From assembly GCA_965229215.1 (NCBI GenBank), contig OZ245864.1, forward strand, positions 3,931,346 through 3,995,345: a DNA stretch of 64,000 nucleotides, in the 5' to 3' direction. Under the pieces are notes generated by a model that made no database searches, was not told the origin of the DNA, and saw nothing but the letters and a program-made list of their open reading frames with translations. The first letter of the stretch is position 1; every line of letters begins with the position of its first letter. Positions 48,125-60,375 of the stretch are shown here, one piece after another. The position numbers were made by a program, and so were the translations under genes. The stretch comes from Tagaea sp. GTDB taxonomy: Bacteria > Pseudomonadota > Alphaproteobacteria > CACIAM-22H2.

Positions 48125-51100
48125 ATGGACGACAAGAAGACCGGCCCCCGCCTCATCCGCAGCAGCGAAGCGCAGCCCGACAACGCGATCCGGGCCGCCA
48201 ACGATCCGGGCGGGCCGGCCTACGAGCCGCTGCCGCCGGTCGGGCGGCGCAGCTTCTTCGTCGCCGCGGGCCTGAGCGGGGCGTGGATACTCGCCGTGCT
48301 CTGGTACGCGAACGCGCAGGTCGGCTTCTCGGCCTTCGGCGAGATGCTTCCGCACGAGCTGGGCGCGTTCGTCGGCGGCGCCGCGATGCCGCTGATGGTG
48401 CTGTGGTTCGTGTTCGCGTATCTCGCGCGCGGGCGCGATCTCGCCCGGCATGCGCGCGCGCTCGAAGTGCGCCTTTCCGAGCTCGCCTATCCGGCCGAGC
48501 GCGCGGAGATCAAGCTGCGCACGATCGGGGAAAGCCTGCACGAGCAGGCCAAGGCGCTGGCGGCCGCGTCCGACACGGCGACGAACCGCCTGTCCGAGGC
48601 GCGTCAGGGCCTGTCGACGCAGGCAAGCGAACTCACCACCGTTTCCGATCAGGCCGCGATGCGCGCCATGCAGGTGATGGCCGGCCTTCGCCGCCACGCC
48701 GACGGGCTCGAGCGCGTCACCTCGCTGCTGTCGAGCCGCGTGCAGATCGTCGAGGCCGCCGTGCGCGAGCAGGCCGACGCGCTCGCCGGCGCCTCCGACC
48801 GGGCGCTGTCGCAGTCGCGCGAGATCAATGCCACGCTGCGCGAGCAGATCGAGACGCTCGCCTCGACCAACGAGAAGACGGCCGCCAACGCCGGCGCCAT
48901 CCGCGAGGCGCTGCGCGAGCAGTCGCAGGATCTCGCCGAGACGACCGAGCGCGCGCGCGCGCGCGCGGCCGAAATCCGCTCGATCCTCGCCGACCAGAGC
49001 TCGGCCCTGATCGACGCGACCGAGGGCGCGCTCGACCGCGCGCGCGAAGTGGGCGAATTGCTGCGCAAGCAGTCCGACGCCTTCTCCGACGCCGCCGAGA
49101 CGGCCGAAGGGCGCGCGAGCGCCGCGGCCGTCGAGATGGGCTCGGCCCGCCGTTCGGCCGAAGCCGCCAGCGACAACCTTGCGGAAGCCTCCGACAAGCT
49201 GCTGGGTCTCGCGCGCGAGCTCGCCCGCCAGAGCGACACGACGCAGAACGCGCTGCGCGCGCAGATGTCGGTCCTCGCGGAAGCCGCCGGCGACGCGCAG
49301 CTGCGCGTCGACACGGCCGGCGCCGCGATCCGCGAACGCACCGACGACGTGACGACCGCCGCCGTGCGCATGAACGACGTCGCCACGAATCTGGGTGCGG
49401 AGACGCGCAACCTGCAGGCGACGCTCGAGCGGCTCGCCGCGCGCACCGAAGCGTCGAGCGAATCCGTCCGCCGCCAGGGCCACGAGCTCGCGACGGCCGC
49501 CGACCAGGCGGTCGCGCGCGTGCGCGCCGCGGGCGAGGCGTTCCATTCCCAGTCGCGCGAACTGGCCGATGCCGCCGCGCAGGCGCTGGCGCGCGTGGGT
49601 GCCACCACCGCCGGATTCTCGGAAGTCGCGCGCGAAGTGACTCTGCGCACGCAGGAAGCCGAAGCCAAGGCCGCATCGATCGGCGAGGACATGCGGCGCC
49701 ACGGGGCGGGCCTCGTCGAGGCCGCCGACACCGCCGGGCGCAGTGCGGGCGAAGCCGGCGCCAAGCTGTCGCGCGAGGTGGAGGCCATCCTGCGCGCGTC
49801 CGGCGCGCTCGCCGCCGAGGCGATGTCGACCGAATCGATGCTGCAGGCCGAAACGCATCTCGTCGCCGAGGCCGCCCAGCGCGCCCGCGCGAGCGTCGAA
49901 GGGGCGGGGGCCGCGCTCAAGGCGCGCATGGAGGATCTCGACGCGTCCAGCCGCCGCGTGGGCGAATCGCAGGTGGCGCTGGACGGGCTTGCCCAGCGCA
50001 GCCAGGAATCGCTCGACCGCGTCGCCGCGCGCGTCGATGCCTCGGGCGAGGTCGCGCGCCGCCGCGCCGACGAACTCGTCGTCGCCGCCGACCAGGCGGC
50101 CCAGCGCGTACGCATGACGAGCGAAGGTTTCCGCGTACAGGCGCAGGACATGGTGCATGCGGCCGACCTCGGCCTCGCGCGCGCCGAGGAACTGGGCGCC
50201 ACGCTGAAGCGCCGCAGCGAAGAGATCGATTCCGCCAGCGAGCGCACCACCCAGCGCCTGGACACGCTCGCCGACCATGTGCGCGCGCAGAGCGTCGTGC
50301 TGGCCGATACGGCCGGCGAGACCGCGCAGAAGCTCGGCACGTCGGGCGAGGCCGTGCGCCTGAAGGTCGAAGCGCTCGAAGCCGCCGCCGACGCCACGAT
50401 TTCGCGTCTGGGCGACGCCGCCTCGTCGGTCGACCGGCGCGCCAGGGATCTCGACACGACGGCGGCCCTTGCCGCCCAGCGCCTTGACGAGAGCGGCGAG
50501 AAGCTGCGCGCGCGCGGGCTGGAAGCGGAAGCCAGCGTCGCCTCGGCCACCCAGCGTCTCGACGCGACCGCGATCGCCCTCGGGCAGGACGCGCGCGAGG
50601 TCGCCACGGCCCTCGACCGTGCCGCCGCGCGCATGGAAGCGACCGGCGAGGTCGCGCGCAACGAAGGTGCTGCGCTCGAAGTGGGCGCCGACCAGGCCGC
50701 CGCGCGCGTACGCGCGGCCGGCGAGGGATTCCGCCAGGAAACGCAGGGTCTGGTACGCGCCGCCGAAAACGGCATGTCGCAGGCCGATGCCTATGCCGAA
50801 GCGCTCAAGCACCGCGCGGCCGAGATGGTCGAGACCGCGGGCCGCGTGGGCGAGCGTCTCGACGCGCTCCACGGCACGCTGCGCGAGCAGACCGCCGATC
50901 TCGCCGAGACGGCGGGCCAGAAGGCGCTGGAGCTCGACCGCGCGGGCGAGGCCGTCCGCCAGAAGGCCGAGGCGATCGGCGCCACGGCGGAGGCCGCGCG
51001 CCTGCGCATCGACGAAGCCGCTTCGGACGTCGCGCGCAACGCCAAGGATCTCGATGCCATGGGGCACCAGGCCGCCGCGCGCCTGCGCGACGGGGCGGAA

Positions 51101-54040
51101 CAGCTGCGCCAGCGCACGATGGAGGCCGACGCGAACGTCGCGGCCGCCACCCAGCGCCTCGACGCCACGTCCGCCGCCCTTTCCAAGGACGCGCACGAGG
51201 TTGCCGTCGCGGTCGACCGCGCGTCGGCACGCATGGAAGCGACCGGCGAAGTGGCAAGGCGCGAGAACGAGCAGCTCGTCCTCGCGGCCGACCAATCGAC
51301 CGTGCGCCTGCGCAGCACCGGCGAGACCGTGCGCCAGGAAACCAACGCGCTCGTCCACGCGGCCGAAGCGGGCATCGCGCAATCGGCCGCCTACGCCGAG
51401 ACGCTGCGCCAGCGCAGCCACGACCTTTCCGATACGGCCGGCCGCGTGGGAACGCAGCTGGGCGAACTGCACGGGGCACTCCGCGCGCAGACGATCGAGC
51501 TCGGCAGCGTTGCCGAGGACAAGACGGCGATCCTCGAACGCTCGGCCGAGACGCTGCGTCTGGGCACCGAGGCGATCGAGGCGGCCGCATCCGCCGCGCG
51601 TACGCGCATCGACGAGGCGGCCGGCGACGTGGGCCGCAGCGCGCGCGATCTCGACGCCACGACCCATCAGGCCGTGGCGCGCCTGCGCGACGGCGCGGAA
51701 ACGCTGCGCCAGCGCGCCTCGGAAGCGGACGCCAATGTCGCGGCGACGACCCAGCGCCTGGATGCCACGGCCGCTTCGCTCGCCAAGGACGCCAACGAGA
51801 CCGTCACCGCCGTCGATCGTGCCACCGCACGCATGGAAGCGAGCGGCGAGGCCGCCCGGCGCGAGAACGAGCAGCTCGTCCTTGCCGCCGACCAGTCGGC
51901 CGCGCGCGTGCGCGGGGCCGGCGAGACGTTCCGCGTGGAAACGCAGAGCCTCGTGCATGCGTCCGAGCAGGGGCTCGACCGCGCGAACCAGCTTGAAACC
52001 GCGATCGCGCAGCGCGCGGCGGAAACCAGCGCCGCGGCCGACCGGGCGCTCACGCGCCTCGACGAGGCGGCCGATTCCCTGCGCAAGCGCGGGCTCGAGG
52101 TGACGGAAGTCTCGGGTGCGGCCGTGCTGTCGATCGGCAACGCGGGGCATGCGCTGCGCCGCGAGACCGAGGAACTCGGCAGCGCTTCGGCCCTGTCGGC
52201 ATCGCGCATCAACGAGACGGCGGCCCTGCTGGACCAGCGCTCGGGCGAACTCGCCTCGATCGCCGCGCAGGCCGGCCAGCGTCTCAAGGAATCGTCCGAA
52301 TCGCTGCGCGCGCGCACCGGCGAGCTCGAAGGGGCGGCCGAACGTTCGGCCGTGCGCGTCGGCGCCATCGACGCCTCGCTGCGCGACCAGACGCTCGCGC
52401 TGCTCAAGACCATCGAGCAGGTGTCGGGCCGGGCGGGCGAAGTGGGCGCCGTCCTCGAAAACCAGGTCGCGGCCGTCGCGCGTGCGTCGGACGACGCGAC
52501 CGCGCGCCTGCGCGCCTCTTCCGACGTGTTCCGCGACCGGGCCGGCGAGATGCAGGTCCTCGCAACCGCCACGACCGAGAAGGTCTCGGCGACGGGTGCC
52601 GAAACCGAACGCCGCCTGCAGGCGCTCGCCACGCAGGCCGTCGAGACCTCGGGCCGTCTCGAGGAGAGCGGCGAGACCTTCCGCCAGCGCCTCGGCGACA
52701 TGAACCGCGCGGCGACGAGCGTGGGCGGCCTGATGGCCGAGGCAAGCGAGACCTTCCGCCGCCATTCGGGCGACCTGCAGGTCGCGGTCGACGGTGCGCT
52801 CTCGCGCATCGGGCAGGCCGGGCAGGCATTGCGCGAACGCACGGTCGATCTCGGCGGTGCCGCCGATGCGGCCGAAGCGCGGCTGTCGATGGTGGCCGAA
52901 CTCATGCGCGGCAACGCGGGCTCCCTTGCCGACATCGCGGACCGTTCGGCGGTCAAGCTCGATGCACTGGGCGAGGCGCTGGTGCGCCGCGCGGCCGAGC
53001 TTTCCGCCATGTCCGACGGCACGGCCGCGCGCCTTGCCACGGTCGACGCCACGCTGGGCGAGCAGCGCGAGAACCTCGTGCGCACGCTGGAGACGCTGGG
53101 CAGCCGCGCCAACGAACTCGGTCAGGTGCTGCGCGGCCAGGCCGATCACCTCAACGGTGTCGTCGCCGAAGCGGGCGAGCGCCTGTCGGAAGTGGGCGCC
53201 CAGTTCGACCGGCAGGCCCGCGAGGCCGCCGATGCCGCGACCGTCGCCAGCCAGCGCATCGGCGAGACCGGCACGTCGCTGCGCCGCCGATCGGACGAAC
53301 TGCAGGTCGCCGCACAGGACGGCGGCATGAAGCTCGAAGCCACCGGCGAGAGCTTCCGTCGCCGCGCGGAAGAGGTCATGGCGGCCGTCGGCCAGGCGGC
53401 CGCCCGCATCGCCTCGGTCGGCGAGAGCTTCGCGCGCCAGACGCGCGAAATGGGCGTGGCGATGGATGCCGCCGAACGGCGCATCGCGGAAGCCGAACGC
53501 CTGCTGGCGCACGAGGCCGAGACGTTGGATGCGGCGGCCTCGAAGGTCACGCGCGATGCCTCGGAAGCCACCGACGCCTTCCGCCGCCAGGCGGACGATC
53601 TCGCGTCGGCGGCGGCCAGCGCCAACGACGCGCAGGCGCGCCTCACCTCGAGCGAGTTCGAAGCCAAGCGCGGCCGCTTCCTGCGCGCCTCGCGTCTCGT
53701 CGTCGAAGGGCTCAACTCGCTGTCGATCGACCTTGCGCGCACGCTCGACCCGAGCGTCACCGACCGCGTGCTGAAGGAGTTCCTCGGCGGCGACCGCGGC
53801 GTGTTCGTGCGCCGCCTCCTGCGCCTCAACTGGGGGTCGACGGGCAAGGTCGTGCAGAAGCGCTACGGCGAGGATGCGGATTTCCGCCGCTACGTCACCG
53901 ACTACCTGACGCAGTACGATCGCCTGATCGCCGACGCGCGCGAGGCCGATCCGGAAAACGTGCTCGTCTCGACCTTCCTGTCGGCCGACGTCGGCAAGCT
54001 CTACATGACGCTCGCGTCGATCGTGGGCTGGAAGAAGTAG
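48125..54040 (+). CDS. Giant (1971 aa) membrane-anchored coiled-coil protein with apolipoprotein-like ~200-aa repeats
   Basis: Two N-terminal TM helices. About 1700 aa of Ala/Arg/Glu-rich helical repeats. A unique C-terminal globular domain (LNWGSTGKVVQKRYGEDADFRRYVTDYLTQYDRL). High GC3 throughout. Confidence 0.75.
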   Translation: MDDKKTGPRLIRSSEAQPDNAIRAANDPGGPAYEPLPPVGRRSFFVAAGLSGAWILAVLWYANAQVGFSAFGEMLPHELGAFVGGAAMPLMVLWFVFAYLARGRDLARHARALEVRLSELAYPAERAEIKLRTIGESLHEQAKALAAASDTATNRLSEARQGLSTQASELTTVSDQAAMRAMQVMAGLRRHADGLERVTSLLSSRVQIVEAAVREQADALAGASDRALSQSREINATLREQIETLASTNEKTAANAGAIREALREQSQDLAETTERARARAAEIRSILADQSSALIDATEGALDRAREVGELLRKQSDAFSDAAETAEGRASAAAVEMGSARRSAEAASDNLAEASDKLLGLARELARQSDTTQNALRAQMSVLAEAAGDAQLRVDTAGAAIRERTDDVTTAAVRMNDVATNLGAETRNLQATLERLAARTEASSESVRRQGHELATAADQAVARVRAAGEAFHSQSRELADAAAQALARVGATTAGFSEVAREVTLRTQEAEAKAASIGEDMRRHGAGLVEAADTAGRSAGEAGAKLSREVEAILRASGALAAEAMSTESMLQAETHLVAEAAQRARASVEGAGAALKARMEDLDASSRRVGESQVALDGLAQRSQESLDRVAARVDASGEVARRRADELVVAADQAAQRVRMTSEGFRVQAQDMVHAADLGLARAEELGATLKRRSEEIDSASERTTQRLDTLADHVRAQSVVLADTAGETAQKLGTSGEAVRLKVEALEAAADATISRLGDAASSVDRRARDLDTTAALAAQRLDESGEKLRARGLEAEASVASATQRLDATAIALGQDAREVATALDRAAARMEATGEVARNEGAALEVGADQAAARVRAAGEGFRQETQGLVRAAENGMSQADAYAEALKHRAAEMVETAGRVGERLDALHGTLREQTADLAETAGQKALELDRAGEAVRQKAEAIGATAEAARLRIDEAASDVARNAKDLDAMGHQAAARLRDGAEQLRQRTMEADANVAAATQRLDATSAALSKDAHEVAVAVDRASARMEATGEVARRENEQLVLAADQSTVRLRSTGETVRQETNALVHAAEAGIAQSAAYAETLRQRSHDLSDTAGRVGTQLGELHGALRAQTIELGSVAEDKTAILERSAETLRLGTEAIEAAASAARTRIDEAAGDVGRSARDLDATTHQAVARLRDGAETLRQRASEADANVAATTQRLDATAASLAKDANETVTAVDRATARMEASGEAARRENEQLVLAADQSAARVRGAGETFRVETQSLVHASEQGLDRANQLETAIAQRAAETSAAADRALTRLDEAADSLRKRGLEVTEVSGAAVLSIGNAGHALRRETEELGSASALSASRINETAALLDQRSGELASIAAQAGQRLKESSESLRARTGELEGAAERSAVRVGAIDASLRDQTLALLKTIEQVSGRAGEVGAVLENQVAAVARASDDATARLRASSDVFRDRAGEMQVLATATTEKVSATGAETERRLQALATQAVETSGRLEESGETFRQRLGDMNRAATSVGGLMAEASETFRRHSGDLQVAVDGALSRIGQAGQALRERTVDLGGAADAAEARLSMVAELMRGNAGSLADIADRSAVKLDALGEALVRRAAELSAMSDGTAARLATVDATLGEQRENLVRTLETLGSRANELGQVLRGQADHLNGVVAEAGERLSEVGAQFDRQAREAADAATVASQRIGETGTSLRRRSDELQVAAQDGGMKLEATGESFRRRAEEVMAAVGQAAARIASVGESFARQTREMGVAMDAAERRIAEAERLLAHEAETLDAAASKVTRDASEATDAFRRQADDLASAAASANDAQARLTSSEFEAKRGRFLRASRLVVEGLNSLSIDLARTLDPSVTDRVLKEFLGGDRGVFVRRLLRLNWGSTGKVVQKRYGEDADFRRYVTDYLTQYDRLIADAREADPENVLVSTFLSADVGKLYMTLASIVGWKK
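49950..52350 (+). repeat. Intragenic tandem repeats (~600-bp period, 4 or more copies) within the giant coiled-coil gene
   Basis: The unit starting ...ATQRLDAT... recurs at ~50546, ~51143 and ~51743, with a more diverged copy at ~49950. The DNA-level repeat GCATGGAAGCGACCGGCGAGG recurs with a 600-bp period. Confidence 0.55.
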
Positions 54041-54047
54041 GCGCCGT

Positions 54048-55163
54048 TTACATCCGCCAGGCGGGCTCCGCGCGCGCCATCGCCCAGAGCAGCTTGTCGA
54101 GCGCGGGCGCCATGCCGTCCTTGCGCTGGCGCGTGTTGGTCAGGGCCGCCCAGCACAGGCCGCGCGCCGTGCGCACCATCAAGGTCGCCGTGCCGGCAAG
54201 GCTGCCGGTGTGCCAGCGGTTGCCTGCGGGATTGATCGACCAGCCGCACGCGTATCTCGGATTGGCCGTTGTTCCTGCCGTCATCGCGGCGGTCGCGGCG
54301 GCCGTCAGCAGCGGCGGCCCGGCTGCGTCGGCGAACAGCGCCGTCTCCGAGGCCGTCGCGATCCAGCCGCCATGCGCGTCCATGCGCCGGACATTCAGGG
54401 AATAGGGGTCCTGTCCGTCCTGTCCGTGGTAGCGCACCTCGTCGGGCCGCCGTTCGGCCAGCGTGTTGCCAGCGATCGCCATGCCGGCGGCGCCGGCCGG
54501 CTGGAGCACGGCGTCGCGCACATAGGCCTCGTACGACTTGGCGGTAACCTTCTCGATGATCCGGCCGAGGAGGCAGAAGCCGAAATTGGAATAGGCATAG
54601 GCCGCCCCCGGCGCGTTCGGAAGCCGCAGGCGCAGCCCGTCGGCGATCACCTCCGCCATGCCGCGTGCCGGCGGGCCGAACATCGGATCGCTGGCGTCGT
54701 TGGGCCAGCCGCCGGCCGTGTGGGTCAGCAGATGATGGACCGCGATCGCACGCAGCGGCGATCCCGCCGGAATCGGCCCGCCCGGTTCGCCGAGGAGGCC
54801 CGACGGACCGAAGACGCGCGCGTCGAGGGACAGCCGGCCGGCGTCGACCAGCGTGAAGACCGCGACCGACGTGATCGGCTTGGACACGCTCGCCAGCCGG
54901 AACCTGTGCGCGGCCGCAAGCTGCGTGCCGGCAACCCTGTCGGCCAGGCCGAACGCGGCGGCATGGACGACGCGCCCGCCCTGCGCAAACGCGATGCTGA
55001 GGCCGGGAACGGGAAATTCGCGCAAGTAGCCGGCGGCGAGTTCGGATATCCGCGCGCGCGCCGCAGGCGAAGGCCCGGGGACGCCGTCTGCCGCCCGCAG
55101 GCGCCCGGGCGCGAGAAGGAAAGTGATTCCGCCCGCGAGAAAGCGACGCCGCGACGTGCGCAT
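54048..55163 (-). CDS. Serine hydrolase, beta-lactamase/transpeptidase-like (class C-like)
   Basis: Tat-type signal (MRTSRRRFLAGG), S-x-x-K motif (SVSK) and YSN motif. 371 aa. Confidence 0.75.
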   Translation of the reverse strand: MRTSRRRFLAGGITFLLAPGRLRAADGVPGPSPAARARISELAAGYLREFPVPGLSIAFAQGGRVVHAAAFGLADRVAGTQLAAAHRFRLASVSKPITSVAVFTLVDAGRLSLDARVFGPSGLLGEPGGPIPAGSPLRAIAVHHLLTHTAGGWPNDASDPMFGPPARGMAEVIADGLRLRLPNAPGAAYAYSNFGFCLLGRIIEKVTAKSYEAYVRDAVLQPAGAAGMAIAGNTLAERRPDEVRYHGQDGQDPYSLNVRRMDAHGGWIATASETALFADAAGPPLLTAAATAAMTAGTTANPRYACGWSINPAGNRWHTGSLAGTATLMVRTARGLCWAALTNTRQRKDGMAPALDKLLWAMARAEPAWRM

Positions 55164-55177
55164 TTCGCGGCCGCCCG

Positions 55178-55987
55178 TCAGTCGTAGAACGCGGGCGAGC
55201 GGCGCTGGGCGAGGCTCTGCGGCCGGTCGTGGTTGATCCAGAGTTCGGCCTTCTCGGTCGCCAGCGTATCGGCGATGCGCTGCATGGCGGCGAGCGTCTT
55301 GTCCTTGTCGAAATTCTGGACCGGGACGCGCCGGTTCTCCCAGTTGTCGCGGAAATGCACGGCATCGCCGCTGAGCACGAGCGTGCCCGTCTTCGCCAGC
55401 CGCAGGCGCAGCGACTGGTGGCCCGGCGTGTGGCCGGGTGTCGTGAAGATCACGACGCTGCCGTCGCCGAACACGTCGTGGTCGCCGTCGAGCTTGCGGG
55501 CGGCGGCATTCGCCGGGAACGGGGCCGTGCGCCCGGCGCCGAAGGCCCAGTCGTATTCCGTGCGCTGGATCAGCACGGTCGATTTCGGGAACATCGCCAC
55601 GTTGCCGACGTGGTCGCCGTGCGTGTGCGAGATGCCGACATAGGCGATGTCGGCCGGCTTCACGCCGATCTCGGCAAGCTGGCTGGCCAGCGTGCGCGCC
55701 CGGCTTGCCGTGCCGACCGCGTTCGTCACGGGGCTCGTGGCGAGCGCATCGGGATAGCCCGTGTCCCACAGCATCAGGCCGCGCGCGTGGCGGATCAGGT
55801 AGCAGTTGTTGGCGAGCACCAGTGGCTGGCCGACATTCACGCCCGGCGACCAGCGCGACTGGTCGGCCGCATTGTTCTGGCCGCAATCCATCACATAGAC
55901 GCGCTCGGCCGCCGGTGCGGGCGGCGTGGGGGCGCAGGCTGCGAGCGCGAGGGCGGCGAGAGCGGCAAGGGCGGCTTGACGGGGCAT
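55178..55987 (-). CDS. MBL-fold metallo-hydrolase (N-acyl homoserine lactonase-like), lipoprotein signal
   Basis: HxHxDH motif (HTHGDH). Lipobox-like LALAACA. 269 aa. Confidence 0.75.
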   Translation of the reverse strand: MPRQAALAALAALALAACAPTPPAPAAERVYVMDCGQNNAADQSRWSPGVNVGQPLVLANNCYLIRHARGLMLWDTGYPDALATSPVTNAVGTASRARTLASQLAEIGVKPADIAYVGISHTHGDHVGNVAMFPKSTVLIQRTEYDWAFGAGRTAPFPANAAARKLDGDHDVFGDGSVVIFTTPGHTPGHQSLRLRLAKTGTLVLSGDAVHFRDNWENRRVPVQNFDKDKTLAAMQRIADTLATEKAELWINHDRPQSLAQRRSPAFYD

Positions 55988-56027
55988 GGGCGATCCTCCG
56001 GCCGGCATCCTAGCGCAGAATCAATAA

Positions 56028-56525
56028 TCAATAGAGCGTGCCGTCCGACCGGAAGACGAGCGAGTAACAGAGGATCATCGCGACCTCGGAGCCCTCATTG
56101 GTCATCGGGACCATCAGGTTCTCGACGGCCTTGTGGCGCTCCTGGTGGCGGAAAACGAGATTGCCGCGCCGCCAGGTCGCGTCGCCGGTCCGCGCCATGT
56201 GGCAGTACCGCTCGAGCATCTCGGGCTGGCGCTCCAGCCGGTCGCGATGCATCCGGATGAAGGATCGGCCGGTCGGGTCGGACTCGAGCGAGGCGACCTC
56301 GTGCGTGCCGCACATCCGGTAGACGAGTTCGAACGGATCGTGCGTCACGTCGAGGATCCAGATGCGCGACAGCAGGTCCGGGATATCGACCGGATCGAAC
56401 TTGCGGCGCGACGGCAGCCCGCCGTCCGGCGCGATGCGCCGGAGATAGCGCCACAGCCGGTCGACGTTCGGATGCCAGCCGGAGATGCCTTCCGGTGGGA
56501 CGATGCTGTACACGATGTCGCTCAT
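56028..56525 (-). CDS. PAS-domain-like small cytoplasmic protein
   Basis: 165 aa with a PAS-fold-like pattern. The rest of the long ORF is antisense to secA and was rejected. Confidence 0.55.
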   Translation of the reverse strand: MSDIVYSIVPPEGISGWHPNVDRLWRYLRRIAPDGGLPSRRKFDPVDIPDLLSRIWILDVTHDPFELVYRMCGTHEVASLESDPTGRSFIRMHRDRLERQPEMLERYCHMARTGDATWRRGNLVFRHQERHKAVENLMVPMTNEGSEVAMILCYSLVFRSDGTLY

Positions 56526-56596
56526 CTCGGCGCGCACCCGGAGGGTCGTGCGGGTAGGTGGATGGGCAAATTGTAAGGCGGCGCCGTGGCCGGAAG

Positions 56597-59305
<2,709 letters not shown>

Positions 59306-59504
59306 GCAGATAGACCTCGATAATCGCGGATTTCGCCGACGGGCGGCCCCCGGCGTCGGGCAGGGGAGAGATAGGGCCAGAAGTTCGGCATGTCAACGCG
59401 GCCCTGCGACGCTTTCCGGCGGCCCGTCCGGCCTTGTTCGGGCCCGCTTTCCCGTGCAAGAGTGCCGCCGCCCATTTCCGGGCCACGACGAAAGGATTCC
59501 ACCG

Positions 59505-60365
59505 ATGTTTCGCCCCCGCCTGCGCGCCGCCGCGCTCGCCGTCCTTCTGTGCGCGACCGGCTTTTCCGGCAGCGCTTCGGCGCAGGCGCCGGCCCCGGGC
59601 GAGGATCCGGTCGTGGCGCGGGTCGAGGGCATCGCCATCCGGCGTTCGGACGTCGTGAATTTCCAGCGCTCGCTGCCCCCGCAGCTCCAGCAGATGCCGG
59701 TCGAGGCGCTGTTCGAGCCGATCGTCGACCGGCTTGTCTCGCAGAAGCTGATCGCGGCCCAGGGCCGCAAGGACAATCTCCAGAACGACGCCGAATACAA
59801 GGCGCGCATGATGCAGTTCGAGGAGCGGGTGATGCAGGAGATCGTGCTCAACCGCATGCTCGAGAAGCGCATGACGGACGCCGCCCTGCGCGAGCGCTTC
59901 GCCGCCTTCCAGAAGGACAATCCCGGCCGCGAGGAAGTCCGCGCGCGCCACATCCTCGTCGCCAACGAGCAGGGCGCCAAGGACATCATCTCCGAACTGG
60001 GCAAGGGCGGGGATTTCGCGAAGATCGCGGCCGACCGGTCGATCGATCCGGCCGGCAAGCAGTCGGGCGGCGATCTCGGCTTCTTCGGCAAGGACGACAT
60101 GGTGCCGGAATTCTGGACCGCAGCCTCGGGCCTCAAGGCCGGCGAGACGACCAAGGCGCCGGTGAAGAGCCAGTTCGGCTGGCACGTGATCCGCGTCGAG
60201 GAGCGCCGCTCGGTGAGCGAGAGCTTCGAGGAAGTGCGCGAGAAGATCGCCAGCGACATGTCGCAGGAACTGATGACCGGCTATGTCGAGGGCCTGGTGA
60301 AGGGCGCCAAGGTCGAACGCTTCGGCCTCGACGGCAAGCCGCTGCCCGTCGCCCCCGCGAAGTAA
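59505..60365 (+). CDS. Parvulin-type peptidyl-prolyl cis-trans isomerase (SurA/PpiD-like, periplasmic)
   Basis: Signal peptide. PpiC domain (RARHILV...GGDLGFF..G.MVPEF...QFGWHVI). AAAGGA RBS. Confidence 0.8.
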   Translation: MFRPRLRAAALAVLLCATGFSGSASAQAPAPGEDPVVARVEGIAIRRSDVVNFQRSLPPQLQQMPVEALFEPIVDRLVSQKLIAAQGRKDNLQNDAEYKARMMQFEERVMQEIVLNRMLEKRMTDAALRERFAAFQKDNPGREEVRARHILVANEQGAKDIISELGKGGDFAKIAADRSIDPAGKQSGGDLGFFGKDDMVPEFWTAASGLKAGETTKAPVKSQFGWHVIRVEERRSVSESFEEVREKIASDMSQELMTGYVEGLVKGAKVERFGLDGKPLPVAPAK

Positions 60366-60375
60366 GCAGGCCGCC

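Noticed and set aside
48053-53512. 1819-aa minus-strand ORF antisense to the giant coiled-coil gene
   Set aside because: Mirror-frame ORF of a repetitive GC-rich gene. The plus strand has TM helices, a coherent repeat structure and a unique C-terminal domain.
54048-55886. 612-aa version of the serine hydrolase ORF extending over the MBL hydrolase gene
   Set aside because: The real start is the Tat-signal Met at 55163. The extension is out of context and overlaps the 55178-55987 gene.
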